Shown: in pieces, positions 9,537 through 19,557 of the stretch
How positions within the stretch are numbered: position 1 is the stretch's first letter
Layout: each line of letters begins with the position of its first letter
Assembly (NCBI GenBank): GCA_028279375.1
Contig: JANQNW010000003.1
Location: 117,256 to 181,255, forward strand
Direction of reading: 5' to 3'
Source of the DNA: Phycisphaerales bacterium
Lineage (GTDB): Bacteria; Planctomycetota; Phycisphaerae; Phycisphaerales; UBA1924
Length of the DNA stretch: 64,000 nucleotides
Program-made: the position numbers and the translations under genes
The notes under the pieces: generated by a model
Told to the model about the DNA's origin: nothing
Seen by the model: the letters and a program-made list of their open reading frames with translations, nothing else
Databases searched by the model: none

Positions 9537-11033
9537 CTATTTCGCTTGTGGCCAATGCATCGAGCGTGCGAACAGGAACTCGCGCGTTTGATTCGGATAT
9601 CGAAGTACCCGGTTCTCCAATACTTCAGACCGCAGGCTCATGGCCGATCGATCTGATCCCTCACTATGTTCGGCGGCAGTCATTGCATAGACGAAGGGAC
9701 TGCCCTGGACGGTCAGCTCATCATTCTCGGTCAGTCCCAACTCTGCGAGTGATCTGGCAGGTCGGCCGAACTCGTGCTCGAACGCGGCAAGCTTGACCGT
9801 TATGCGAGTTGCGCGGAATGCATTCTCGACTTCAAACATGGTGACCCACGATTCCAGGACCGACCCGAACTGCAAACTCAGTATTTCAAGGTGGGACCGA
9901 CGCCCATGGCGACGGGCATTGTCGTAGTACCTGCGCCGCCCACCGTCCCGATACGTGACGAGTTCCCTTGCGCTCAGGCCCTTGATTGATCGAAGTTCTT
10001 CAGCGGCGACATTCGCATCAGACTCGTAGTCCCTCCGTGATGAGATTGATCGGAAGTTACCCAGCCAGTACGGGAGTTCGAACACGCGATCTAGGGCATC
10101 TCTGTTCCAATCCCAGGATCCAGCGGCACTCGCGCTCGTGCCGTCGGGACCGAAGTCGACTTCAGCCCCTTCAAGAGTCTCGAACTCGAAGACCCTGAGT
10201 TGGTTCTCGCGGGAATGAAGTGGTTCCTCGCCTACTCCAAGCGCAGCGAGGATCAACTCAGACTCGGCCCGTGTTGGCGGGTGTTCAAGGACGAGATGCC
10301 GGATCTCGGCCAAGAGCGAATCCGTACAGCGCGCACTGTGGCGAATGAGGTGTCTCGTCGGAGCGGTCGCCATGATCCGCGCCATTCGAAAACCTGCATC
10401 GATGATTCCTGTGGAAGCTGTCCACCCGGCCTCCTCGACATTGAAACGAAGGGCTGCGGCGTAGAGGTGGTCTCCTCCATTCACAGGAGAGAGCGCCTGC
10501 AGTGGCATGGAACTACGGATCGACGCTGGGCCGACTGATCCATCCATTCGCTTCATGGGGCGCAGGGGCATTAGAAAATAGCTTGAGGGATCCACCTCCT
10601 CAGTCTCTCGGAGAATCGGAGTCAAGCGCGCGAGAAGCTCTCGATATGGCTCGAGTTCCGTATCTGACCAGTCACCTCGACACGCGGCCTCGAGATTCAA
10701 TTGTCGTTTGGGAATCCCGTGTTTGGTGGCGCATTCGCTCGCCTGATCGGACAGTCGGCGCACTACGTCGCGATACATCGGCCAAGCGTTCGTCGCCTTC
10801 GGATCTGCCTTCGCGATCGATTGTCCCAACAGGGCGACATAGTCAGTCGTTGGATAGGGATCCGCTACGACCAGTCGCGTCGCCAGATGCGTGAAGTAGA
10901 AGAACACCACCACCCACACCGCCAGCAGCGTCCTCGATACAACCCGATGTCTCCGAATCGCCCTGAGCATCCCGCTCCCGCCATACCTGCTCGGCCGCAC
11001 GCCAAGCGAAGTTAGAATCCTACCGGCAGTCAT
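9537..11033 (-). CDS. Hypothetical membrane-anchored protein with a large extracytoplasmic domain.
   Basis: N-terminal TM ([19 protein letters not shown]). I recognise no domain in the rest. Confidence 0.4.
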   Translation of the reverse strand: MTAGRILTSLGVRPSRYGGSGMLRAIRRHRVVSRTLLAVWVVVFFYFTHLATRLVVADPYPTTDYVALLGQSIAKADPKATNAWPMYRDVVRRLSDQASECATKHGIPKRQLNLEAACRGDWSDTELEPYRELLARLTPILRETEEVDPSSYFLMPLRPMKRMDGSVGPASIRSSMPLQALSPVNGGDHLYAAALRFNVEEAGWTASTGIIDAGFRMARIMATAPTRHLIRHSARCTDSLLAEIRHLVLEHPPTRAESELILAALGVGEEPLHSRENQLRVFEFETLEGAEVDFGPDGTSASAAGSWDWNRDALDRVFELPYWLGNFRSISSRRDYESDANVAAEELRSIKGLSARELVTYRDGGRRRYYDNARRHGRRSHLEILSLQFGSVLESWVTMFEVENAFRATRITVKLAAFEHEFGRPARSLAELGLTENDELTVQGSPFVYAMTAAEHSEGSDRSAMSLRSEVLENRVLRYPNQTREFLFARSMHWPQAK

Positions 11034-11038
11034 CCGCC

Positions 11039-12040
11039 ATGAAAGCCGCGCTTCTGCACAACCAGGCGCCCGTCGAGTCGCATCCTCTCTCCATCGAGGA
11101 GATCGACCATCCCCTGCCCGGGGAGGGCGAGGTGCTGATTCGTGTGCGCGTCTGCGGCGTATGTCGCACCGATCTGCATGTCGTCGAGGGGGATCTGGAC
11201 TCGCGTAGATCGCCGCTGATTCCGGGGCATCAGGTCGTCGGCGAGATCGTCGAACACGGCGCGGGCGTCACGGCACCGGCGATCGGAGCGCGCGTCGGCG
11301 TCGCGTGGCTGAATCGAACCTGTGGATGTTGTTCGTATTGCGCATCGGGGCGCGAGAATCTGTGCGATGCGCCGGCGTTCACGGGGTGGACCGCCGACGG
11401 CGGATTCGCGGAGCACATGGTGGCGCCGGCTGAGTTCGTCTACGAGATGCCTCCGGGGTTCGAAGACCTGCAGGCGGCGCCGCTGCTGTGCGCAGGGATC
11501 ATCGGGTATCGCTCGCTGAAGCTGACGGGGCTGACGGATGGCGGGAAACTCGGGATCTACGGCTTCGGCGCCGCGGGGCATGTCGTTATCCAGCTCGCGC
11601 GGGCGCGCGGGATGGAGGTATACGTTTGCACGCGCGATCGCGAGCGTCATCAGGCGCTGGCGACGGAGCTTGGAGCGGCGTGGGTTGGAGACACTGTCGA
11701 ATCGCCACCGGTGAAGCTGGATGCTTCGATCGTCTTCGCGCCGGCGGGGGAGATCGTGCCGCCGGCGCTTGCGGCGCTGACGAAGGGGGGTTCGCTTGTC
11801 CTCGGCGGGATTCACATGAGCCCGATTCCGGAGTTCGAGTATTCGCTTCTCTACGGCGAACGTCTGGTGCGATCAGTCGCGAACAACACACGCGAAGACG
11901 GCCGCGCGTTTCTCGAGGAGGCGGCGCGCATCGGGATTCAGACGAGCGTGCAGCGATTCGGGCTGGATGATGTGAACGAGGCGCTGTGTGCGCTGAAGAA
12001 CGACGCGATTCGCGGGGCGGCGGTGATCGAGATCGGTTAG
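11039..12040 (+). CDS. Zinc-dependent alcohol dehydrogenase (medium-chain dehydrogenase/reductase, MDR).
   Basis: [12 protein letters not shown]; the structural-Zn Cys cluster [15 protein letters not shown]; Rossmann GFGAAGH. Confidence 0.85.
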   Translation: MKAALLHNQAPVESHPLSIEEIDHPLPGEGEVLIRVRVCGVCRTDLHVVEGDLDSRRSPLIPGHQVVGEIVEHGAGVTAPAIGARVGVAWLNRTCGCCSYCASGRENLCDAPAFTGWTADGGFAEHMVAPAEFVYEMPPGFEDLQAAPLLCAGIIGYRSLKLTGLTDGGKLGIYGFGAAGHVVIQLARARGMEVYVCTRDRERHQALATELGAAWVGDTVESPPVKLDASIVFAPAGEIVPPALAALTKGGSLVLGGIHMSPIPEFEYSLLYGERLVRSVANNTREDGRAFLEEAARIGIQTSVQRFGLDDVNEALCALKNDAIRGAAVIEIG

Positions 12041-12567
12041 TCGATCTTGTCTCTGCAGTCATCAAGCCAGCGCATCCGCTCATGCGTAAGCCTGCGCGCA
12101 TTGTCGTTCGCGAGGTCGAGGAACTTCCCGCCAAGTTCGACGTCTGTCTCTTCAAATGCGTCGATGAGCGCAAGTTGCGCTTCGATGGCCGCGCGTGCAT
12201 CGCGGAGGAAGTCCGCGCGTCGCCCTGGCGGCAGGGCGTCGAGGAAGGCCATGCGCGTGCGCAGGGGGTCCATCGCCATCAGGGCTTCGGGCTCTCCGAG
12301 ATCGCTCAGCCAGGCGCTCAGTGCGTCGAGGCCGGCCTTTGTGCAGGAGCAGGCCCTGGAGCGCCGGTCGCCGGTGGTCTGTTCCTCGCTGGCGAGGAGG
12401 CCCTGTTTCTCGAGGCGGCGGATGAGGGGGTAGATGGAGCCGGCGGAGTCGCTGAAATGAGCCGTTGGAGAGGCCTGGAGGGCCTTCCTCACGAGATAGG
12501 GCGTGCAGGGCTCGTTGCGGCGGATGAGGCCTAGGACGACGCCTTCGAGGTCTGTGAGGCTGCTCAT
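12037..12567 (-). CDS. PadR-family transcriptional regulator.
   Basis: Winged [19 protein letters not shown]. The internal ATG at 12567 was verified. The longer ORF is an N-terminal over-extension. Confidence 0.7.
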   Translation of the reverse strand: MSSLTDLEGVVLGLIRRNEPCTPYLVRKALQASPTAHFSDSAGSIYPLIRRLEKQGLLASEEQTTGDRRSRACSCTKAGLDALSAWLSDLGEPEALMAMDPLRTRMAFLDALPPGRRADFLRDARAAIEAQLALIDAFEETDVELGGKFLDLANDNARRLTHERMRWLDDCRDKID

Positions 12568-12684
12568 GACGGAGGCTCTTGTGGGAGAATGGGGAGGCCG
12601 CAACCGGACGAGGCCGGGGCAGTATAGTACGAAAAGCACTATATCGCCCGGATCGGTCCCGGGCTTCGTCCGAAGGAGAACGGC

Positions 12685-13911
12685 ATGAAGGCACGAGCGA
12701 CAATTCCGGCCATCGCAGGCGCCCTGGCGATCTGTCTCACCAGCGCCATCGTGAGCGCGCAGGCGACGGAACTCGATCCGCCCGGCTCGGAGAAGCCGGA
12801 GCGTGTCGTCGTGCCTGATGGCGGCGAACACGTCGAGATGCTCAGCATGGGTGGGCGCCCGGGTGTCTACGCGAAGATCAACGGCAAGGGGCCGTTCCGC
12901 TTCATCGTCGATACGGGATCATCCGTGTGCCTCGTCATCGATCCTTCGATCGCGATGCTCACGCGTCTCGAAGAAGCGCACGTGGAGAATGTCTCCGAGG
13001 AGCATCAGCGCCTCTTTGAGACGGCATATGACCTGGATGAACTCTCCATCGGAGATGCGAAGTTCGAGGACTTCACGGCGCTGTCGATGGAAATCAAGCG
13101 TCTCTTCGGGAATCAACCGGATGCGCCGGATGGCGTCATCGGACTGCCGCTCTTTGAGGACCTGCTGCTGACGTACGACATCGCTGCTGGCGAGATCGGC
13201 ATTGAGCGCGGGGCGCTGGACCAGCGCGATCCCGACGTGCTGCCGATCATTCATGATGAGGCGACGGGTGTCGGCGTGAGCGTGGAGTTGACGGTGGGGG
13301 GCGTGCCGGCGAGAGCGCACATCGATACGGGATCGCCCTCGAGCCTCATGCTGCCGAGCGCGATGAAGGAGCGCGTTCCGATCGAGGGCGAGCTTGCGCT
13401 GATCGGGCACGCGAAGTCGCCGATGGGCACGAGCGAGATCTGGGCGGGTGAACTTGTGGGGAACGTCGTCATTGGCGCGCATGAATTCAAGCTCGAGCGC
13501 GTCACGTTCGGCGACATCGGACGCATGCAGGCGGGAGGCTTCGGGAACGTCGGTTCAGCGATGCTCGCGGACTTCAGCCTGACGGTCGATCAGCGCAACG
13601 ATCTCGTGCGACTGCGGCGCGAGCGGCCGGCGGGGTCGGGCGAGGTTCATCTCAAGAAGACGCCGCCGCCGGGCAAGCTGGGCATGTTCGTGCGTGTCGG
13701 CGAGGACAAGGTGACGATCGATCAGGTGACGCCCGGCGGATACGCGCACCTCTCGGGTCTGCAGACCGGCGATGAGCTCGTCAGTGTGGACGGAAAGCCG
13801 GTCGCCGGGCTCTCGGCGCGCGAGCTGCAGCCGCTGATGGCTGGAGACAAGGTGCTCCTGGAGATCGTCCGCGACGGCGAAACACGTTCGATCACGCTGC
13901 GGCGCAAGTAG
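12685..13911 (+). CDS. Secreted protease with two retropepsin-like aspartyl protease domains and a C-terminal PDZ domain.
   Basis: Signal peptide; FIVDTGSS and AHIDTGSPSSL (D-T/S-G-A/S); C-terminal PDZ (GLQTGDELVSVDGKPV). Confidence 0.65.
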   Translation: MKARATIPAIAGALAICLTSAIVSAQATELDPPGSEKPERVVVPDGGEHVEMLSMGGRPGVYAKINGKGPFRFIVDTGSSVCLVIDPSIAMLTRLEEAHVENVSEEHQRLFETAYDLDELSIGDAKFEDFTALSMEIKRLFGNQPDAPDGVIGLPLFEDLLLTYDIAAGEIGIERGALDQRDPDVLPIIHDEATGVGVSVELTVGGVPARAHIDTGSPSSLMLPSAMKERVPIEGELALIGHAKSPMGTSEIWAGELVGNVVIGAHEFKLERVTFGDIGRMQAGGFGNVGSAMLADFSLTVDQRNDLVRLRRERPAGSGEVHLKKTPPPGKLGMFVRVGEDKVTIDQVTPGGYAHLSGLQTGDELVSVDGKPVAGLSARELQPLMAGDKVLLEIVRDGETRSITLRRK

Positions 13912-14062
13912 AACGGACTCTGCGCCCGACGTCTGACGGCAGTCGTTAGAATCGATCCCCCGCTCGGCTGGTCCGGGCGGTTCCTCAACTCAACACGCTG
14001 GTTGCAGGCGACGAGGGCGCGAGCGCTCGCGGCGCGATGCGACTCTCCAGGGATCGATCGCC

Positions 14063-14929
14063 ATGTCAGATGTGAAGAAGCTCGCCGTCATCGGCGCCGG
14101 CCAGATGGGCGGCGGAATCGCGCAGATCGCGGCACAGGCCGGGATTGAGGTCGTCGTGTTCGACTCCTTCGCAGCGGGGCTCGAGAAGTGCAAGGCGCTG
14201 CGCGCCAAGCTCTTCGCACGCGCGGTCGAGAAAGGCAAGATGACGCAGGAGGACGCCGACGCGGCCACCGCGCGCATCAGCTACGTCGAATCGCTGGACG
14301 CGATCAGCGGCAGCGACTGGGTCGTCGAGGCGATCGTCGAGGACAAGGGCGTCAAGTTCGATCTTTTCGGCAAGCTCGCGCAGATGTTCCCGGATGAGAA
14401 CGTTGTGCTCGCTTCGAACACGAGTTCGATCAGCATCACCGAGATCGCGACGAGCGCCGGCGACGCGGCGTCGCGTGTCGTGGGCATGCACTTCTTCAAT
14501 CCAGTGCCGGTGATGAAGCTCGTCGAAGTGATCAAGGGCATGCAGACGAGTGAGCAGGTCGTGTCGCGCACGATCGCGCTTGCCGAGCGCATGGGCAAGA
14601 CGCCGCTCCCTGCCAATGACCGGCCGGGATTCGTCTCGAATCGCGTGCTGATGCCCCTGATCAACGAGGCCTTCTACGCTTTGATGGAAGGCGTGGCGGA
14701 GCCGGAGGCGATCGACGGGATTATGCAGCTTGGCTGCGCTCATCCGATGGGCCCGCTGCGCCTGGCTGACTTCATCGGCCTCGATACGTGCGTGAACATC
14801 ATGCACGTGATGCTCGAGGGTCTCGGCAATCCGAAGTACGCGCCGTGCCCGCTGCTGAAGCAGTACGTGGCGGCGGGTCGTCTTGGCGACAAGACGGGGA
14901 TGGGTGTGTACGACTATTCGAAGAAATAG
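14063..14929 (+). CDS. hbd: 3-hydroxybutyryl-CoA (3-hydroxyacyl-CoA) dehydrogenase.
   Basis: NAD-binding VIGAGQMGGGIAQ, and the 3HCDH N-terminal and C-terminal domains. Confidence 0.85.
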   Translation: MSDVKKLAVIGAGQMGGGIAQIAAQAGIEVVVFDSFAAGLEKCKALRAKLFARAVEKGKMTQEDADAATARISYVESLDAISGSDWVVEAIVEDKGVKFDLFGKLAQMFPDENVVLASNTSSISITEIATSAGDAASRVVGMHFFNPVPVMKLVEVIKGMQTSEQVVSRTIALAERMGKTPLPANDRPGFVSNRVLMPLINEAFYALMEGVAEPEAIDGIMQLGCAHPMGPLRLADFIGLDTCVNIMHVMLEGLGNPKYAPCPLLKQYVAAGRLGDKTGMGVYDYSKK

Positions 14930-15056
14930 GGTCGGGCGACCCGAGTTCGCGCTTTCGACGACGCTGAGTCACGTAGTCTGAATCTCGCGCTCTGGACTGA
15001 TCCTGAGGATCAAGCTCAGAGTTCCTGTACGATGCGCGTCAGCGGAAGGACCGACC

Positions 15057-15668
15057 ATGGGCATCAACGTATTCCTGAAGGTCATCGGCGTCGGCGCAGC
15101 GGTGGGCGCTCTGGGCGCCGCCATCTGGGCGATCCTGATTGCAACAGCTGGGTTTGAATTCGGGGTCCTCGCCTGGATCATCGGGATCTGTGTCGGCGGT
15201 GCGATGCGCGCGGCGGCCGGCGACCAGCGAAACGCCGTCACCGGAGCAGTCGCAGTAGCGATCGCGCTCGCTTCCGTCCTTGGCGGGAAGCTCTTCGCCG
15301 CGAATCACTTTGCCAATCCGGTGATCGAACTCACCACGGAGGAGGTTGTCTCGTTCATTGCGGACGATGTCGCGATCGAGTTCGATCAGGACGGCAAGGA
15401 AGTGCGCTGGCCACGAGGCGTGAATCCTAATGAGGCGTTCATCGAATCGGACTATCCAGCGGATGTGTGGAGTGAGGCGATGATCCGCTGGGATGCTCTT
15501 TCTGCTCAGGAGCAGGCCGCCTATCACGACGAGTGCGAGAAGTATCTCGAGTCGGAGTACGCCGGCTCGGTCATGGCGTACTTCAAGGCGAGCTTCGGCT
15601 TCCTCGACATCGTCTTCCTTGGCCTTGCCGCGGCGAGCGCCCTGAAACTCGCTGGCGAGTTCGACTAG
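15057..15668 (+). CDS. Hypothetical membrane protein (three N-terminal TMs, soluble middle, one C-terminal TM).
   Basis: Hydrophobicity pattern only. Confidence 0.4.
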   Translation: MGINVFLKVIGVGAAVGALGAAIWAILIATAGFEFGVLAWIIGICVGGAMRAAAGDQRNAVTGAVAVAIALASVLGGKLFAANHFANPVIELTTEEVVSFIADDVAIEFDQDGKEVRWPRGVNPNEAFIESDYPADVWSEAMIRWDALSAQEQAAYHDECEKYLESEYAGSVMAYFKASFGFLDIVFLGLAAASALKLAGEFD

Positions 15669-15673
15669 GCGCG

Positions 15674-18600
15674 TCAGCCCGTCGTGCGCAGCGGCGCTAC
15701 GAACTGAGGCTCGGGCTCGCGTTCGCGCTCGTCAGCCGTAGACTCGCGCTCCGCATCCACGATGTTCCTGATCGCCTCCTCGCGATCAAGCGGGAAGTCG
15801 ATGCGGCAGGCGACGCCCTCCGGGAGATAGTCGATCTCTGCGCTTCCGCCGAGTTCGTAGACGACGAGGCCGCGCAGCAACTCCGTGCCGGTGCCGGGCG
15901 CAGCGCCCGCATCCTCGGTGACGGGCGGGCCGCCGGACTCGATCCAGTCGAGGCGGACGGCCTCTTCGCCGACATCGCCGACCATGCGCTCCCAGGAGAC
16001 GCGCACGCGCCCCTCAGGTGTCGAGAGTGCGCCGTACTTGGCGGCGTTCGTCGACAGCTCATGCAGGCTCATACAGAGCGGCGAGGCCGCTTCCGGGCGC
16101 AGCATCATGTCCGGGCCGGTGATCTCGACGCGTCCGGTCTCGCGGCTGGTGAACGCCTCCATCGTGCGCGTGACGAGGTCGCGGAGCGAGACGCCGTCCC
16201 AGCGCTGCACGGCCAGGAGCTGATGCAGCCTGGAGAGCGCCGACACGCGACCGACGAACGCGCTGCGGAAGTCTTCGAGCGTCTCCACAGAGGCGAGCGT
16301 GCAGTCAGCGATGGAGATCACCGACGCGAGATTGTTCTTCACGCGATGATCAAGCTCGCGCATCATGCGATGCTGGCGGCGCGCGGCGCGCTTGGACTCG
16401 TCGATATCGGCGTGCGTGCCGGCGGCGCGGACGGCGTTTCCATCGATGTCGCGCTCCACGACCTTGCCCGTCGTGAGCACCCACTTCCAGTCGCCGGCCT
16501 TCGTCTTCATCCGATGCTCGACGCAATACGGGCCTTCCCCAGCGATGTGCGCGCCAAGCGCATCAGTCGCCATCTGCAAGTCGTCCGGATGGACGAGTTT
16601 CTGCCAGGTCGTGAAGTGCTGAGGCAGTTCGTCGAGCGTGTAATCCAGCATCGACGCCCATCGTTCATTGAAGATGACGCGTCCTGTTCGCACATCCCAG
16701 TCCCAGAGTCCGAGTTCGGCGCCGTCGACCGCAAGTTCAAGGCGTTCTTCGCTTGCTGCGAGGGCGGCCTCGTCGCGGAGGCGCTCGAGTTCGGCGCTCG
16801 CGCGGGCCGCGAACACGCGCAGCAGTGTCGTGGCGCGCGCTGAATCCTCGGGCATGGGTTCGTCATGAAGCACCGCGAGGATTCCGAGTCTCTCTCCCGA
16901 GGAGGCGATGAGCGGCATTCCGATGTAGCTCTGCGCATCCATTGCGACGAGGTATTCGTCCTGAGGGAATCGCTCCTGAAGCTTGCTCGTGTAGCACTTG
17001 AGCTCGCCCCGCATCGCGGTCTCACAGGGCGTGCCGGTGAGTTCATACTCATCGCCGCATACGAAGATCTCGTTCTCGGAGACCGCGATCGTGCGAACCG
17101 TGCCTGGTAGATCGCGCCGAAGTTCACCGACGAGCGCCCATTTCACGCCGAGCGACTCGGCCAGGTGCGTCACGAGGGACTGGAAGAAGGCCGCGCCGAC
17201 GTCCTCCGAAACGCCGGCGGCGATGCTCTGGAGCGTCTCCTCAGTGCGGCGAAGCTCGGTGACATCGCGCCCCGCGCCGATAAGGCCCGTGATCACATTC
17301 GTGTGAGGATCGAACTCCGGGCGCGCGGCCCACGACAACTGCACGATGGCGCCGTCAGTGGCGATGACCCTGTGCTCGGCGCGCTGATGGCGGCCGCCGA
17401 GCAGGGCGTCGATGCGCTCGGCGAAATCGACGCGGTCTTCAGGGTGCACGATCTTGAGCAGGCTGTGCAGATCGGGAAGCTCTTCCGCCGTGCGGCCGAG
17501 GAGCTTGGTGAAGGAGTCGGTCACCCAGTCGAGTCGCGCCTCGGAGGGGCTTTCGACGCTGTATTGGAAGACGAAGTCAGAGGTCAAATCGGAGACCGCG
17601 CGATAGCGAGCCTCACTCTGACGGATCGCCTCCTCGTCGCGCTTGCGCTCCGTGATGTCGGACATGGCGCCGATGATTCGAGTTGCCTCGCCGGTGTCAT
17701 CCCGAACGAGGAAGCCGAAGTCAACGATGTTCCGCCACTCGCCGTCGCCGCGATCGAAGCGGTACTCGGTGGTCCAGCGATCGAACTTGGAATCCACCGC
17801 GTGCTTCACGCCTTCGAAGCAGCGCTCCACATCATCAGGATGCACATGCGAGCTCCACCAGTTGATGTCGTCGCCGACGTCGCCGTTGAGCGAGAAGATC
17901 TCGGCGTAACGATCATTGCGCCAGACCTTGCCGGTCTTGAGATCCCAATCGAAGATCGCGTCTCGCGTCGCATCCATGACGTACTTCAGACGCTGTTCGG
18001 ACTCGGCGAGCGCCTCGATCGCGAGCTTGGACTCGGTGATGTCGAGATGAGTTCCCGCCGCCCGGAGCGGGCTGCCGTCGGTGTCCCACTCGACGACGCG
18101 TCCGCGATCGAGGATCCAGCACCAGGAGCCATCCTTGCAGCGCATCCGGTGAATCGCTTCGTATTGCTCGGCTTCACCGGCGAAGTGCGCCTCGAGGCGT
18201 TCCCGACAGAACTGCATGTCATCGGGGTGCACCCGGTCGGACCACTCGCTGATATCGTCGCCGATCTCCGAGAGATCCCATCCGAGCATCTCCGCCCAGC
18301 GACGATTCATGCGGACCTTGTTGGTCTTGATGTTCCAGTCCCAGACGCCGAGGTCCGCGCCGCGAAGCGCCAGCTCAAGCCGTTTCTCACTGGCGATGAG
18401 CGCGTTCTCCGCCTGGACGCGAGACGTGACGTCCCGCGCGGCGCCGATAGCGCCGATGATCTTCCCAGAGACGTCGTCGATGATTGGCCGACTGATCGTC
18501 TCCAGCCAGATCACCTCGCCGTCAGGGCGAAGATGGCGCGACGTCGCCTCGACGGTCTCGCCGCGAAGAACGCGGTCGCGTCGCGCAAGCTGCTCCTGGA

Positions 18601-19468
18601 GGTCATCCGGGTGAACAAAGCGGGCGGGCCCGCCGAGCCTGTTGTACTCCTCGAGCGAGCATCCGAAGACTCGTTCGAACGCGTTTGTTGTCCATACGAG
18701 GTGAGGCGTGCCGTCGGGTTCGAATCGGAACTTGTACACATAGTCCGACATGACCTCCGCGATCGCGCGATGGCGAGATTCGCTCTCACGGAGTTGCTCC
18801 TCCATGGCTCGGCGCTCTCGATTGTCGATGATCTCCGCGAGAATGTACGCGGGAAGACCATGCTCATCGAGACGAAGCGTCGCGTGCGCGATCGTCCAGA
18901 TCTCGCTGCCGTCGGCATGCAGGTAGCGTTTCTCGAGCTCGAGCTTTGTCTGGCCGCGCTCCACGAGATTCGCCAGCGCATCGGCGCTTCGCGCGAGATC
19001 ATCGGGATGGACGAGGTCCTGATACATGGCGCCTTCGAGCTCCGATCGCGTGCGTCCGAGCATCTGAGCGAACGCGTCATTGACGATCTCGTAGCGCCCT
19101 TCGATGCTGACCAGCACCATCCCATTTGGAGAGTCCTCGAAGAGCGCGCGATACCGTTCCTCGATCTCCCGATCGGTCTCGGCGCTGCGCTCTTGGGCGC
19201 CCAGGGAACGAAGGCGCAGCCCGAGGGACAGGGCGAGACCAGCGACACCGGCGCTGAGAACAGCAGGCAGGCAATGAGAGAGCGAAGCGCTTTGAGCCTG
19301 AAAAGCCGTGATCAGCTGAACGGCGGCGACTCCGCCTGCGGCGCCGGCGACAGCCCATGCGGGCCAGATTCGCGTGCGGGATGGAGATCCTCGGGACAGC
19401 CTTGGCATCCGGCGACTCCTCCGTGAGCGGCCTCGGGGCGGCGTGTCTTGGTCAGGTCGTACGTCCAA
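15674..19468 (-). CDS. Multi-sensor histidine kinase: two TMs, multiple PAS/PAC domains, a GAF domain, and a HWE/HisKA_2-type kinase core.
   Basis: Repeated PAC-like blocks (WTTNAFERVFG, RMNRRWAEMLGW, WRNDRYAEIFS, NERWASMLDY). H-box HRVKNNL. HATPase with GTGTELL. No receiver domain. Confidence 0.85.
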   Translation of the reverse strand: MDVRPDQDTPPRGRSRRSRRMPRLSRGSPSRTRIWPAWAVAGAAGGVAAVQLITAFQAQSASLSHCLPAVLSAGVAGLALSLGLRLRSLGAQERSAETDREIEERYRALFEDSPNGMVLVSIEGRYEIVNDAFAQMLGRTRSELEGAMYQDLVHPDDLARSADALANLVERGQTKLELEKRYLHADGSEIWTIAHATLRLDEHGLPAYILAEIIDNRERRAMEEQLRESESRHRAIAEVMSDYVYKFRFEPDGTPHLVWTTNAFERVFGCSLEEYNRLGGPARFVHPDDLQEQLARRDRVLRGETVEATSRHLRPDGEVIWLETISRPIIDDVSGKIIGAIGAARDVTSRVQAENALIASEKRLELALRGADLGVWDWNIKTNKVRMNRRWAEMLGWDLSEIGDDISEWSDRVHPDDMQFCRERLEAHFAGEAEQYEAIHRMRCKDGSWCWILDRGRVVEWDTDGSPLRAAGTHLDITESKLAIEALAESEQRLKYVMDATRDAIFDWDLKTGKVWRNDRYAEIFSLNGDVGDDINWWSSHVHPDDVERCFEGVKHAVDSKFDRWTTEYRFDRGDGEWRNIVDFGFLVRDDTGEATRIIGAMSDITERKRDEEAIRQSEARYRAVSDLTSDFVFQYSVESPSEARLDWVTDSFTKLLGRTAEELPDLHSLLKIVHPEDRVDFAERIDALLGGRHQRAEHRVIATDGAIVQLSWAARPEFDPHTNVITGLIGAGRDVTELRRTEETLQSIAAGVSEDVGAAFFQSLVTHLAESLGVKWALVGELRRDLPGTVRTIAVSENEIFVCGDEYELTGTPCETAMRGELKCYTSKLQERFPQDEYLVAMDAQSYIGMPLIASSGERLGILAVLHDEPMPEDSARATTLLRVFAARASAELERLRDEAALAASEERLELAVDGAELGLWDWDVRTGRVIFNERWASMLDYTLDELPQHFTTWQKLVHPDDLQMATDALGAHIAGEGPYCVEHRMKTKAGDWKWVLTTGKVVERDIDGNAVRAAGTHADIDESKRAARRQHRMMRELDHRVKNNLASVISIADCTLASVETLEDFRSAFVGRVSALSRLHQLLAVQRWDGVSLRDLVTRTMEAFTSRETGRVEITGPDMMLRPEAASPLCMSLHELSTNAAKYGALSTPEGRVRVSWERMVGDVGEEAVRLDWIESGGPPVTEDAGAAPGTGTELLRGLVVYELGGSAEIDYLPEGVACRIDFPLDREEAIRNIVDAERESTADEREREPEPQFVAPLRTTG

Positions 19469-19557
19469 GAATATCAGCCCTCAAGGTCTCAGGGTGATCG
19501 AAATCAGGCGGCGGCCTGGTTCTCCGTCCCTAATGGTCGGGCGGCTACACTCTTGGC

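Noticed and set aside
17165-19426. 753-aa plus-strand ORF
   Set aside because: It is antisense to the multi-PAS histidine kinase, which has clear PAS, GAF and HisKA_2 motifs. The ORF itself is low-complexity and has no recognisable domains.
19469-19557. Cobalamin riboswitch upstream of the mutase gene (and upstream of the FecCD-type transporter at ~57130)
   Set aside because: The spacers are short, and I found neither the B12-box consensus nor the GCCACTG-type conserved elements by eye. This should be confirmed with an Rfam scan.
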